Origin: an uncultured bacterium
GTDB taxonomy: Bacteria; Omnitrophota; Omnitrophia; Omnitrophales; Aquincolibacteriaceae
NCBI GenBank assembly: GCA_964511315.1
Contig: CAZEFF010000007.1
Coordinates: 1-60,219 of the forward strand
Reading direction: 5' to 3'
Length of the DNA: 60,219 nt
This document shows positions 30,043-39,037 of the stretch, one piece after another (position 1 is the stretch's first letter; every line of letters begins with the position of its first letter). The position numbers and the translations under genes are program-made. The notes under the pieces were generated by a model that saw only the letters and a program-made list of their open reading frames with translations, searched no databases and was not told the DNA's origin.

Positions 30043-30104
30043 CACCCTCCTTTTTAAATAGCGGTATTTAGCACTGCCCCCGAACAACAATATTTTTCTT
30101 CACT

Positions 30105-30809
30105 TTGATCCTTAATGCCGAGATAATCAGCACTATGTCAAAGAATGGTCTCATTCAGCTTTCCATGCACCGGCCCTTAAAAGTCTGTTCGCCAGGATTG
30201 CTCCGCAAAGCTAAAGCGCATTTTAAAAAGTATGACTTTCTTAAGCTCCCCAAATTCTTTTCTGAACATACGCTTTCATTTATAAAAAATACGCTTCCAA
30301 AAGCTTCGTTTGAACATAAGCGGCACAAAGGGATCGCGACCGAGCTTTGCATGAAAACAAATCTGCTGATGGGGATTTTGACTTATCTGGTGAATGATTA
30401 TGAGCTGTTCCGGTGGATCCAAGAGGTTACGGGAAGCAGACCCCTTGGATGCTTTACCGGAAGGGTTTACAGAATGAAACCGGGTGATCATTATGACAGC
30501 TGGCATGACGACTGGCGCTATGGCCGAAAGATTGCGCTGAGCGTTAATTTCAGCGAAGAGATTTATGAGGGCGGCTGCCTCATGTTGAGGCATAAAAAGA
30601 GGCCCAAGCATATTGTCCATGTCACTAATGCAGGATTTGGTGACGCGATTATTTTTCGTTTGGGGGCTGAATTGGAGCATCAGGTTTCCGGTTTGAAAGG
30701 GACCGCGGCAAAAACCGCATACGCGGGATGGTTCCGCAGTTATCCGGATTATTTTAAAAATGTCAAAAAAATAAAAATTATCCCGTCAAAGTTTACCGCA
30801 AAGCGATGA
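30105..30809 (+). CDS. 2-oxoglutarate/Fe(II)-dependent oxygenase (prolyl-hydroxylase-like)
   Basis: HxD (WHDD) ... distal His (EHQV), YEGGCL, terminal GWF; start uncertain (TTG 30105). Confidence 0.75.
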   Translation: MILNAEIISTMSKNGLIQLSMHRPLKVCSPGLLRKAKAHFKKYDFLKLPKFFSEHTLSFIKNTLPKASFEHKRHKGIATELCMKTNLLMGILTYLVNDYELFRWIQEVTGSRPLGCFTGRVYRMKPGDHYDSWHDDWRYGRKIALSVNFSEEIYEGGCLMLRHKKRPKHIVHVTNAGFGDAIIFRLGAELEHQVSGLKGTAAKTAYAGWFRSYPDYFKNVKKIKIIPSKFTAKR

Positions 30810-32074
30810 CTCTTTTTTTGGTTTTTCTCCTCGCGCTGATTCCCCGTGCAATTTATTTATTTTTGTTTACGGATCTAACCATTAATCCAGGTTGGAGTGC
30901 TCATTGGAACTTGGCCACCGGGATTTTGAAATATGGAACTTACGGTTATCACGGAGAACGCGTTACTAATATTGAACCGGGATATTCCTTTTTTCTGGCG
31001 TTGGCGCGGGGCCTATTTCAGGAGCGGTTGACCGGTGTTCTGCTTCTTCAGGTTGTTGTTGCTGCACTTGGCGCGGTAGGGCTCTTCCTTTTAGCTATGG
31101 AGCTCTTTGGCAGCCGTAAGACTGCTTGGATAAGCGCCTCCTTATATGCCTTCTATCCCTATTTAATTGGACAGTCTGTCTCTTTGATTGAAGTGCCCAT
31201 TTTTATGACTTGCCTGATAGGCGCGGTTTATTTTTATGTTAAAGCGGATAAAGAAGCAAAGGAGACTGTTCTCGGAGGTGTTTTAACAGGAATGGCTTTT
31301 GGGGTCACGATCCTCGTTCGGAGTATGGTTTTGCCGGCCGCAGCCGTGTGTTTCTGTTTGTTCGCGATCAAAAGGAAGATGCTAACCTTTGTTTTCTCTT
31401 TACTGGCATTCTTAATTGTGGCGGGGCCATGGTTTTCGCGAAGCCACAGTGTTGACGGTTCCTGGATTCCGCCAAGAGGAGGATGGAATTTTCTACAGGG
31501 TAATTGCCCGTATTCCGATAAAATTATTCCTCAGTATAATCCTGATTTGCTCGATGCTTATGTCTCCGAACTTTTAGAAAAAGAAAGGCCGGATTTAATT
31601 AAAGTAGAAAGAGAAACAGACGCCGCTGAATCCGACCGATTTTTTAAAGAGAAGGCTTTTTCATTTATAAAAGAACATCCGTGGCGGACGGCTTTGCTGA
31701 AATTTAAAAATATTCTGTATTTGTTTTATCCTCGGATTGTTCCATTTAAATCCATGAATGAAAACACGCGGATCCATTTCCTGGGGCCTGAAGAATTTGA
31801 GGTTGAAAATATTCCAAACCGCGGGATTTGGCGGGAATTATCTTATAGTCTCACGTATACGCCTATTTTTTTATTAGGTCTTGGCGGGCTTTATTTAAGG
31901 AGAAAAGAAATTTGGCAAAACTTGGTTTTTTATGCAGTTATGATTAACTTTACGGCCGTTTACGCCCTTTGCTGGCCTGCTACGCGGCTGAGGGTCCCTA
32001 TGGATTTTATTTTCATGCTGTTTGCTGCTTACACATTAAGCGTATGGAACAAAAAAAACTGCCCGGCGGATTGA
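30806..32074 (+). CDS. GT-C fold (ArnT/PMT-like) membrane glycosyltransferase
   Basis: Multiple TMs, IEPGYSFFL loop, YAFYPYLI, RLRVP near the C-terminus. Confidence 0.65.
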   Translation: MTLFLVFLLALIPRAIYLFLFTDLTINPGWSAHWNLATGILKYGTYGYHGERVTNIEPGYSFFLALARGLFQERLTGVLLLQVVVAALGAVGLFLLAMELFGSRKTAWISASLYAFYPYLIGQSVSLIEVPIFMTCLIGAVYFYVKADKEAKETVLGGVLTGMAFGVTILVRSMVLPAAAVCFCLFAIKRKMLTFVFSLLAFLIVAGPWFSRSHSVDGSWIPPRGGWNFLQGNCPYSDKIIPQYNPDLLDAYVSELLEKERPDLIKVERETDAAESDRFFKEKAFSFIKEHPWRTALLKFKNILYLFYPRIVPFKSMNENTRIHFLGPEEFEVENIPNRGIWRELSYSLTYTPIFLLGLGGLYLRRKEIWQNLVFYAVMINFTAVYALCWPATRLRVPMDFIFMLFAAYTLSVWNKKNCPAD

Positions 32075-32760
32075 CCTGCTTTTTCCCTTGTTTTAATGAT
32101 GCCCGCACTATCACGGGGCTTGTTAAGAAGGCTGCGTCCGCGGCTGAAAGGAATGCGCCTGATTTTGAAGTGCTTGTTGTTGATGATGGGAGCAGCGATG
32201 GGAGCCGTGAGATTCTTAGAGCATTAGCTCGGGAGCACGCTTATTTGCGCGTTATTTTTCATGAGAAGAATCTTGGGTATGGCGCCGCTCTGCGCTCGGG
32301 ATTTCGGCATGCTTCAAAAGAATTTATCTTTTATACGGATGGAGACGGACAGTATGACCCGTTAGAACTTGAAAAACTTATTCCGCTCATGACCGGAAAA
32401 GTTGATCTTGTGAATGGGTATAAGTTGACCCGTGAAGATTCCTTGATAAGAATAGTCTTAGGGAATATTTACGCGACGATTGTCCGGAATGTTTTTTCTC
32501 TAACTATTAAAGATCCTGATTGCGACTTCAGGCTCTTTCGACGGGCGGCTTTGCCGGCAGAGCTTAAATGCTCCAGCGGGGCTGTTTGTGTTGAACTCGT
32601 GAAGATGATTCAAAGCGGGGGCGGGGATACCGCGCAATGCCCAGTGAGTCATTTTGGGAGAGAATTTGGGCGGTCTCAGTTTTTTAATTTATATTCAATT
32701 TTCCGCACTTTTCGTGAGCTTGTCGCGCTGAGGAGAAATTTGACGGTGTATGGAGGATAA
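32044..32760 (+). CDS. GT2 glycosyltransferase (polyprenol-phosphate sugar synthase-like)
   Basis: FFPCFND, VVDDGSSDGS, NLGYGAAL, YTDGDGQYD, DPDCDFRL; start moved to ATG 32044. Confidence 0.88.
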   Translation: MEQKKLPGGLTCFFPCFNDARTITGLVKKAASAAERNAPDFEVLVVDDGSSDGSREILRALAREHAYLRVIFHEKNLGYGAALRSGFRHASKEFIFYTDGDGQYDPLELEKLIPLMTGKVDLVNGYKLTREDSLIRIVLGNIYATIVRNVFSLTIKDPDCDFRLFRRAALPAELKCSSGAVCVELVKMIQSGGGDTAQCPVSHFGREFGRSQFFNLYSIFRTFRELVALRRNLTVYGG

Positions 32761-33502
32761 CGAATACCAGGCAATGTATATGTGCGAGGATTCGCATTGG
32801 TGGTATGACGGACTGCGCCGGATATGGAGCCAGTCATTACGGGGCCATGTCCCAGAATGTTCCGGCTTTCGGATTGCGGATATTGGGTGCGGAACTGGGG
32901 GCAATATTGCATCTGCCGTGCGTGAACTATCAGCAAAAATGGTGGGCGTTGACGCGAGTCCTCTAGCAATTTCCCTCGCCTCACGCAGGCCGGAATGCGG
33001 CATGATCGCTCAGGCCAGAGCGGAAAGCTTGCCGTTTCGATCTCAGCTGTTTGACGCCGTGCTTTCAACGGATGTGCTGTATATCCGGGGGATCGATGAA
33101 AAAAAAGCGCTTCGAGAAATGTACAGAATCTTAAGGCCGGGCGGTCTTTTGTTGATCAACTTACCCGCATTTGAATGTTTACGGGGACGGCATGACCAAA
33201 AAGTACATACACAAAAGCGATATGAAAAGACCGCGCTTACGGCTTTATTACATGATTCAGGATTTAATATCGTTAAAATGAGTTACTGGAACTTTTTTCT
33301 TTTTCCGCTGGTTTATCTTCAAAGGAAATGCTCCGTTATTTTTTCCAAAAATAAAACCGCCGCCGCTTCAGATGTTAAGCTGCCGGGTCATTTGATGAAT
33401 CGGTTTTTAAAAAATCTCTTAACGATGGAAAGATTCTTTTTTTTAAAAACAGGACTTCCTTGGGGCAGTTCGATATTTGCTATCGCGCAAAAACCCGCTT
33501 AA
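32750..33502 (+). CDS. Class I SAM-dependent methyltransferase
   Basis: ADIGCGTGG, GVDAS, AESLPF, RILRPGG. Confidence 0.88.
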   Translation: MEDNEYQAMYMCEDSHWWYDGLRRIWSQSLRGHVPECSGFRIADIGCGTGGNIASAVRELSAKMVGVDASPLAISLASRRPECGMIAQARAESLPFRSQLFDAVLSTDVLYIRGIDEKKALREMYRILRPGGLLLINLPAFECLRGRHDQKVHTQKRYEKTALTALLHDSGFNIVKMSYWNFFLFPLVYLQRKCSVIFSKNKTAAASDVKLPGHLMNRFLKNLLTMERFFFLKTGLPWGSSIFAIAQKPA

Positions 33503-34424
33503 TATCTTTTTGCAGTTTTTTCTGGAGCAGCCCAATTTTTTTTAAATCCATTGGATATGAAACTGCCCGGATAGGGATTCGCTGAACAAGTTTAGAAGTA
33601 AAGCGCAGTTGTTGCTGAAGTCGTGCTGAATCCTGCAATACTAAATTGTGGGAAGATTTAATCAGGGCAATAACGCTGTCTTTTGGCTTCAGATTTTTAA
33701 TCCTAATGGAACCGCCCGTTTTGAAGCGGGGCCAGAGTACATAGATTAACCCTACCCGAATGCTTTTTCGGCTCATATCGCCAGGTTTAAGGCGGAAAAT
33801 CAATTTTTTCGCGATAGGGCTCATTTTGCCCGCGGGAACAATGTGTTTAAGAAATTTTTTAGCCGGCGTAGGCCATAGCTTGATTTGCGGTACTCCTGGC
33901 GGTGTCCAAAATGAACCAGACCGCTTTTGAATAGCAAAAATGTCATCTGTTAACAGATCAAATTTTTCCCGAAAAAAACACGCGGCTAATGTCGATTTCC
34001 CATAGCCAGATTCTCCCAGAAACGCGACCGCTTTATCTTCAAACTTGACCGCGGAAGCATGGAAAGCCTCATAGCCGAGCTTAATTAAACTGAAGGATAG
34101 AACATTTGTTTGTAAAAAGATAATGGGAGGGACGTGAGGGGCGGCGGCATTTTGTTTTGAAGGAATTTTCTCATGAAATATAAGGCGGCCGTTTTTTGAA
34201 ACCCAGAAACGCAAGCGGTCAAAAAACCGGATATAAACGCTTCCATCGTCTAGCAGCTGATAGTCAATCGGATGCTCCGAAAATTGCGCTCCCGACTTTA
34301 AAATAAGCTTATGAAAAAAACGGGAGGGAGCCCTTCGGATTGAGATTTGGGGATATTTCGCTTTTACCAGGGGAGCGTTAAGCTTAAGGTCGCTCTTAAC
34401 GGGTAAACCATAAAGTTGATACAA
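33480..34424 (-). CDS. HPr-kinase-like lasso peptide kinase
   Basis: FHASAV (conserved His), Walker A GESGYGKST, LLTDD; immediately downstream of the precursor; TTG start. Confidence 0.82.
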   Translation of the reverse strand: MYQLYGLPVKSDLKLNAPLVKAKYPQISIRRAPSRFFHKLILKSGAQFSEHPIDYQLLDDGSVYIRFFDRLRFWVSKNGRLIFHEKIPSKQNAAAPHVPPIIFLQTNVLSFSLIKLGYEAFHASAVKFEDKAVAFLGESGYGKSTLAACFFREKFDLLTDDIFAIQKRSGSFWTPPGVPQIKLWPTPAKKFLKHIVPAGKMSPIAKKLIFRLKPGDMSRKSIRVGLIYVLWPRFKTGGSIRIKNLKPKDSVIALIKSSHNLVLQDSARLQQQLRFTSKLVQRIPIRAVSYPMDLKKIGLLQKKLQKDIKRVFAR

Positions 34425-34437
34425 GCAAAACGGTGCC

Positions 34438-34590
34438 TTAGGTTGTTCCTGACCGGGTTTTGTTGGCTACCGCGGTACTGCCAAGATCATTTGCCCGAGT
34501 CCGTGTTCCAAGGGTCAGTTTTTTGAATGAACCGTATTTAATCAGGCTAGGCGAATTGTACTTCTTTTTCGAGTTCTTTTTTTCCTTCAT
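34438..34590 (-). CDS. Lasso peptide precursor, 50 aa: MKEKKNSKKKYNSPSLIKYGSFKKLTL / GTRTRANDLGSTAVANKTRSGTT
   Basis: Hand-translated and absent from the ORF track. GGAG 6 nt before ATG; exact YxxPxLxxxGxxxxxT leader; Thr at -2, Gly at +1, Asp at +8; sits between cyclase and kinase. Confidence 0.92.
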   Translation of the reverse strand: MKEKKNSKKKYNSPSLIKYGSFKKLTLGTRTRANDLGSTAVANKTRSGTT

Positions 34591-36445
34591 GAAAAGCTCC
34601 TTGATTGAATTGTTGAAGCATGTAATCGGTAGAGATTAAAAACCAAAGTTCAAAGCGCCAATCTTTATTACCAGCAAGATATTCATCGGCCAGCCGTTTG
34701 ACTCGATCCAAGCTTGCGTATTTTTGCATCATTCCTGAGCGGTTACAAAGAACCTCAGGATTTTCTCGGTTAAGCAGCAAATGAAGCGCTTGGTCAGTTT
34801 CTAAAGTGCAATTCCCTTTATCTTTGCGCGAGACAATACTGTCCGGAACAACACCCTTCATGGCTTCTTTGAGAATGAGTTTCCTTGTGCCGCTTGCCCT
34901 AAGCTCCCAGGGCAGAGAGAGCATGAATTGAATGAGACGGCTGTCAAAGAAGGGGCAGCGCAATTCAATGCCATATAGCCCCCAAGCGCGTTCATCTAGC
35001 TCAAGCTTCATGACTTGATAAGGGCGGGTTACCTCAAAATAAGTTGCCGCTTGGCTGTATGATTTGAATCGCGGGCGCTTATCGGAGCGTAGAACACGGG
35101 ATTTGAAGCCCATTTTATGAATGGTGTTTCGATTTAGCCAGCGGGCGGGAACAGTTCCCGCAAGTCCGCGCCGGAGATTCAAAAGACTTTCAGGGATCAT
35201 TTGGAGAATCGATTCTCTCATGTAATCTAAGGGGTTATCATTGAATTCATCAGAGAATGATTTTGATTTGAGAATGAACTCAGGAATTCTAAAATGCGCG
35301 AGGAGATCGGCCCCAAATCCAAATTCATCCAGCACTTGATCTCCGCCTTCTCCGTTTATCGCGACGCGAATTCCCCGGTTTTGAAGGAATTCATACGGCT
35401 CTAGATTCCGGCTTACGTTAATCATGGGCGCTTCTACATTATTTAGAAATGATCCTAAGCCTGAAATGAAATCACGAGTTTTTCCGAAAAGCGCGTGCAT
35501 GGGAATGCCGGCTGCTTCTGCGACGATGCGCGCGTATTTGCGCTCATCCGCGAGAGGATCATCAGAGTAAAGGTTTACTGCCTCGATTTTCGGCGCGGAG
35601 GATGATTTTTTGAGATGAGCTGCAGCGGTTGAAACGATCGCTGAAGAGTCATGCCCGCCGCTAAGGAAAGCCGCCATATTGGTCCTGGAACGAAGTCTGC
35701 ACTGTACGGCTTTATCAAAAATCCTTTTAAACTGCTCGATGTATTCATTCGGGTTCTTAAACTGCAATTGAGTTTCAAGATCCCACGATGCGTAGCGCTC
35801 AACCTTCAGTTTACCTTCCTTTAGAGTAAGACAATGGGAAGGCGCTAGGCGGTTAACTTTGTCAAAAAAGGTCCGTGTATGGTCTTCGTCTTTAAAGTTT
35901 CTGAATGAAAGAAAAGATAGAATCATTTCATCGTCAAAAGAGGGTGTGCCGCCCAAGACTTTGAGAAGGGGTTTTATTTCTGAGGCGAAATAAAAATTAT
36001 GGCCATCCCAAATATAATTAAAAGGTTTGAGACCGACTCGGTCGCGCCCCGCAAAAAGCAGATTTTCCTCCTGATCCCAAAGGGCAAAAGCAAATTCGCC
36101 GATTAGATGCTTAAGGCAATCTTTGCCCCAGAGTTTGTAGGCGTGAATAAAAACATCGGTGTCAGGTGCCGAGATAAGAGCAGGGAAGTGAATAAGCAAA
36201 TCTTCACGATTATCGATCCGGCCGTCCCAGACGAGTTTAAACCGATCCTTCATTAGTGAAGTGACAGGGGCTTCATTTTCTGACTCAGGGGTGGTTTTTA
36301 ATAGGCATGAGCCTAAAGCGATTTTATTTTCAGTCCAGAAGGCTTTGCCGTCAGGCCCGCGGTGAATCATGCTTTCAATCATGGATTCTATAACAGGAAT
36401 TTCAATCGAAGAATGGGAACGATAAATGCCAGCGATGCCGCTCAT
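34547..36445 (-). CDS. Lasso cyclase (asparagine-synthetase-like), copy 2
   Basis: MSGIAG (catalytic Cys2 of AsnB replaced), SGGHDSS PP-loop, GEGGDQ, CPFFDSRL; AGGAGGT RBS. Confidence 0.88.
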   Translation of the reverse strand: MSGIAGIYRSHSSIEIPVIESMIESMIHRGPDGKAFWTENKIALGSCLLKTTPESENEAPVTSLMKDRFKLVWDGRIDNREDLLIHFPALISAPDTDVFIHAYKLWGKDCLKHLIGEFAFALWDQEENLLFAGRDRVGLKPFNYIWDGHNFYFASEIKPLLKVLGGTPSFDDEMILSFLSFRNFKDEDHTRTFFDKVNRLAPSHCLTLKEGKLKVERYASWDLETQLQFKNPNEYIEQFKRIFDKAVQCRLRSRTNMAAFLSGGHDSSAIVSTAAAHLKKSSSAPKIEAVNLYSDDPLADERKYARIVAEAAGIPMHALFGKTRDFISGLGSFLNNVEAPMINVSRNLEPYEFLQNRGIRVAINGEGGDQVLDEFGFGADLLAHFRIPEFILKSKSFSDEFNDNPLDYMRESILQMIPESLLNLRRGLAGTVPARWLNRNTIHKMGFKSRVLRSDKRPRFKSYSQAATYFEVTRPYQVMKLELDERAWGLYGIELRCPFFDSRLIQFMLSLPWELRASGTRKLILKEAMKGVVPDSIVSRKDKGNCTLETDQALHLLLNRENPEVLCNRSGMMQKYASLDRVKRLADEYLAGNKDWRFELWFLISTDYMLQQFNQGAFHEGKKELEKEVQFA

Positions 36446-36482
36446 GAAATACCTCCTGAATACGTTGATTGATTAGAGTTAA

Positions 36483-36511
36483 ATTATATCGTCCGCTATA
36501 GTTAAAGTCAT
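36483..36511 (-). promoter_or_regulatory. Candidate internal sigma70 promoter for cyclase 2 - precursor - kinase
   Basis: On the minus strand: ATGACT (36511-36506), 17 nt, TATAAT (36488-36483), then AGGAGGT before ATG 36445. Confidence 0.5.
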
Positions 36512-38235
36512 TAAGAAAAACGGTTTCCCCAATGAAGTTCAAGCCAGTTGGCTAGACGAACTAAACGCCATAGGAGAGGGTAGTTATGAAACCGGAGTTG
36601 AGGGTTTAAAAGCTGCTTTTTTAATACCTCATAATCCACATAATCATAAATTAAGCGCTTTGAATTGGATAAATATTGGGCAATCACGGGCAACTCGAGT
36701 TTTATTCGCGCCGCGCGGTCTTTGAAAGGAATATAAGCGCGTTCATCATCCTTGATCCTCGTGGGGATTGGCATGATAGAGGCAAGGGCTTGCTGGATGA
36801 AATTTTTCCTGTAACCGCCTTCCATCTTTATTTCGACGGGAATAGATAAGAAAAATTCAATCAATGGAAGGTCCAAAAAGGGATGACGGATACCCATCCC
36901 CTGTGTTTGAGCACCCTCTGCCATTTGGGTTAGATTTATTGGGATGATGGGTTCAAAAAGCGTATGAAATGTTTCGTTCTGCGACAACTTTTTAAAGGGG
37001 CGGAGACGCGTAGGCGGAAGCGGAGCCATTTGTTTTCTAAATTCGGGACGGAGCCAGAGCCGATGATTGATCCGGTTTTGGCGGATTAATTTTCTGATCC
37101 AATAAGGTGTTTTTTCCCGCAGCGTTTCCATGAAAAGCATTGTTTTTACCGAGTTCCCGGAAATGTTCATGCATTCAGCGAGACGTTCACATTCGGATGA
37201 AAATTTTTTTAATTTAAAACCCAAAAGAAGGTCTTCCAAATATCCAAATTCCATTAAATTGCTGTATTCATTAGCCCCATATCCGGTTAAAACCGTTTGG
37301 CAGCCTTTGTCAGCCAATCTTTTGAGAAGCAGAGGAACCGTCAGAAAGGCATCGTAATGCGGAGTGTCGGTAGGCTCTAAATAGACTTCAAATATATTTT
37401 GATGTTCAGAATAATAGTCGATGACATCGAGGGATGGATCAAAGCGTTTCATGAATGCATCCAAAGAAGCTTTGTCTTCTTCCAAAAAACCCTCCGGAAT
37501 GATGCAAACTGAATTTAAAGCGGGCAGGCGCGTATCCTTTTGGCGAAGGGTGTGAGCCATTGAGCCGATTTGAGTTGAGTCCAGACCCCCGCTAAAGAGA
37601 AGGCCTGCCGGCGAATTCCCCTTTATCCGATTGCGAACTGATCTTTCAAATAGCCGGTAAAACTCATCAAGATATTGCTGCTTATTCGGATAAATTTCGA
37701 TCTTGTTTGTATTTGGCGCCCAAAATCGGGTTAGATGAGATTCGCCGTTCACTTGGAATGTGATCGTGTGGGCAGGCGGGACTTGTTTGATGCCCTGAAA
37801 GAATGTGGACTCGTAGTCTAAAAATTCACCCATGAAAAATTGACTGAGCATGGCGGTATTCGGTTTTTTAGAAAGAGAAGATTCTTTGAAAATCTGTTTG
37901 ATGCTGGAGGAAAAGATAGTTTTTTCGGAGTCTTGATAATAAAAGAGCGGTTTGACTCCCAAAGGATCACGGGTAAGAAGCAGCTGGTTGTTTTTTCCGT
38001 CCCAAACAGCTATGGCAAAATCGCCTTGAAGGTGAGATGCGAAAGAAGCTCCCCAAATTTTAAACGCGGTAAGAACGGCTTCCTGATCGTTAGTTGAAGC
38101 TGGGAAGTTTTGGGATTTAAAAATTTTATCGAGTTCTTCGCGGTTATCGATATAGCCATTTAATGAAACGATAATGTCCTGATTTGAAGCTGGAAAAGGC
38201 TTCTCAAAATAAAATGAGCCTTCGAAATTATTCAT
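36511..38235 (-). CDS. Lasso cyclase-like asparagine-synthetase homolog, copy 1
   Basis: No N-terminal Cys; RDPLGVKPLFY, SGGLDST, TGYGANE (D->N), HPFLDLPL. Confidence 0.85.
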   Translation of the reverse strand: MNNFEGSFYFEKPFPASNQDIIVSLNGYIDNREELDKIFKSQNFPASTNDQEAVLTAFKIWGASFASHLQGDFAIAVWDGKNNQLLLTRDPLGVKPLFYYQDSEKTIFSSSIKQIFKESSLSKKPNTAMLSQFFMGEFLDYESTFFQGIKQVPPAHTITFQVNGESHLTRFWAPNTNKIEIYPNKQQYLDEFYRLFERSVRNRIKGNSPAGLLFSGGLDSTQIGSMAHTLRQKDTRLPALNSVCIIPEGFLEEDKASLDAFMKRFDPSLDVIDYYSEHQNIFEVYLEPTDTPHYDAFLTVPLLLKRLADKGCQTVLTGYGANEYSNLMEFGYLEDLLLGFKLKKFSSECERLAECMNISGNSVKTMLFMETLREKTPYWIRKLIRQNRINHRLWLRPEFRKQMAPLPPTRLRPFKKLSQNETFHTLFEPIIPINLTQMAEGAQTQGMGIRHPFLDLPLIEFFLSIPVEIKMEGGYRKNFIQQALASIMPIPTRIKDDERAYIPFKDRAARIKLELPVIAQYLSNSKRLIYDYVDYEVLKKQLLNPQLRFHNYPLLWRLVRLANWLELHWGNRFS

Positions 38236-38660
38236 GACCAGCTGTTTGGGGAGGGCGATAAAACCGAGTAGGCGGCCGATTCGTCATCGATTTCCAGCTG
38301 AATTCCGTCAATCTCAAGCCAGGAATGGGCGCGTAAACCATTATTTTGTCTCACGACGCCCACTCTGAGCGTGGGGGCCTTGCCAAGCTGGCAGAATAGG
38401 CTTCCTAACGCTAAAGTGCGCCGCAGGCATGAAGGCTTCCAGCCTAAACGCCGGTCAACAGCTTCTATGAGACTGATTAGCCTTGTCCGCTTTAGGTTTT
38501 GAAGGGAGGAAAGAAAGAAGGATGGTTTTGACGCAGGTGTCAGACTTTGAAGGCGTTTAAGGATTGCGCTAGATGAGGCTAACCGGATCGAGATATCCGC
38601 CCATATAAGGGAGATCATGGAAACAACAATGGGGTACAGCTCTTCTTTTTTAACCCTCAT
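38232..38660 (-). CDS. Lasso leader peptidase B2 (transglutaminase-like)
   Basis: SCLRRTLAL...RVGV...AHSWLE (Cys/His catalytic pair); start at ATG 38660 preferred, ORF track gives 38687. Confidence 0.88.
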   Translation of the reverse strand: MRVKKEELYPIVVSMISLIWADISIRLASSSAILKRLQSLTPASKPSFFLSSLQNLKRTRLISLIEAVDRRLGWKPSCLRRTLALGSLFCQLGKAPTLRVGVVRQNNGLRAHSWLEIDGIQLEIDDESAAYSVLSPSPNSWS

Positions 38661-38982
38661 GGACCTGAATGAGGCCGTTTTTTTCAAGGTTTGTTATGAA
38701 CTTTAAAAGATCTTCGCGGCAAGTTTTCGGATCAACATCATAATGCTTAAGCAGGTAGTCGGCAATTTTCCCAATCTGCTTTTCCTTTTGCATAATATTC
38801 CAAGTCGCTGTTCCCGTCTCGTCCAAACCAAAGTAAATTCCCGTTTCGATATTCAACAGGACAGCTTCGCCCTGCATTTCACGAAAGAGTATTTGGTCGG
38901 AAAAGGTAATTTTGGAAGATGGGCTTATCGCAGTCATGGAACGAGTATACGGGATTTTATTTTTTACATCAAGGTTTGCCAT
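38650..38982 (-). CDS. PqqD-family RiPP recognition element (lasso B1)
   Basis: EAVLLNIETGIYFGLDETG..TW...YDVD...DLLKFITNLEKNGLI; true start may be ATG 38937. Confidence 0.9.
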   Translation of the reverse strand: MANLDVKNKIPYTRSMTAISPSSKITFSDQILFREMQGEAVLLNIETGIYFGLDETGTATWNIMQKEKQIGKIADYLLKHYDVDPKTCREDLLKFITNLEKNGLIQVHEG

Positions 38983-39037
38983 TCAAGCAGATTGGTGATC
39001 AAAAATTTGTTGTGAAGACTCGATCTTGCGTCTGAAT

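Noticed and set aside
30040-30075. Rho-independent terminator after wzc (TAAATA-gcgg-TATTTA)
   Set aside because: The 6-bp stem is all A/T and has no U-tract directly after it; too weak to call.
36446-36510. Second lasso precursor in the inter-cyclase gap
   Set aside because: Only 65 nt with no leader motif. A full six-frame small-ORF scan of the window was not possible by eye.
34547-38235. Ordinary glutamine-dependent asparagine synthetases or glycan amidotransferases
   Set aside because: Both lack the N-terminal Cys and are flanked by RRE, B2 protease and a rule-matching precursor; a non-cyclase role for C1 remains open.
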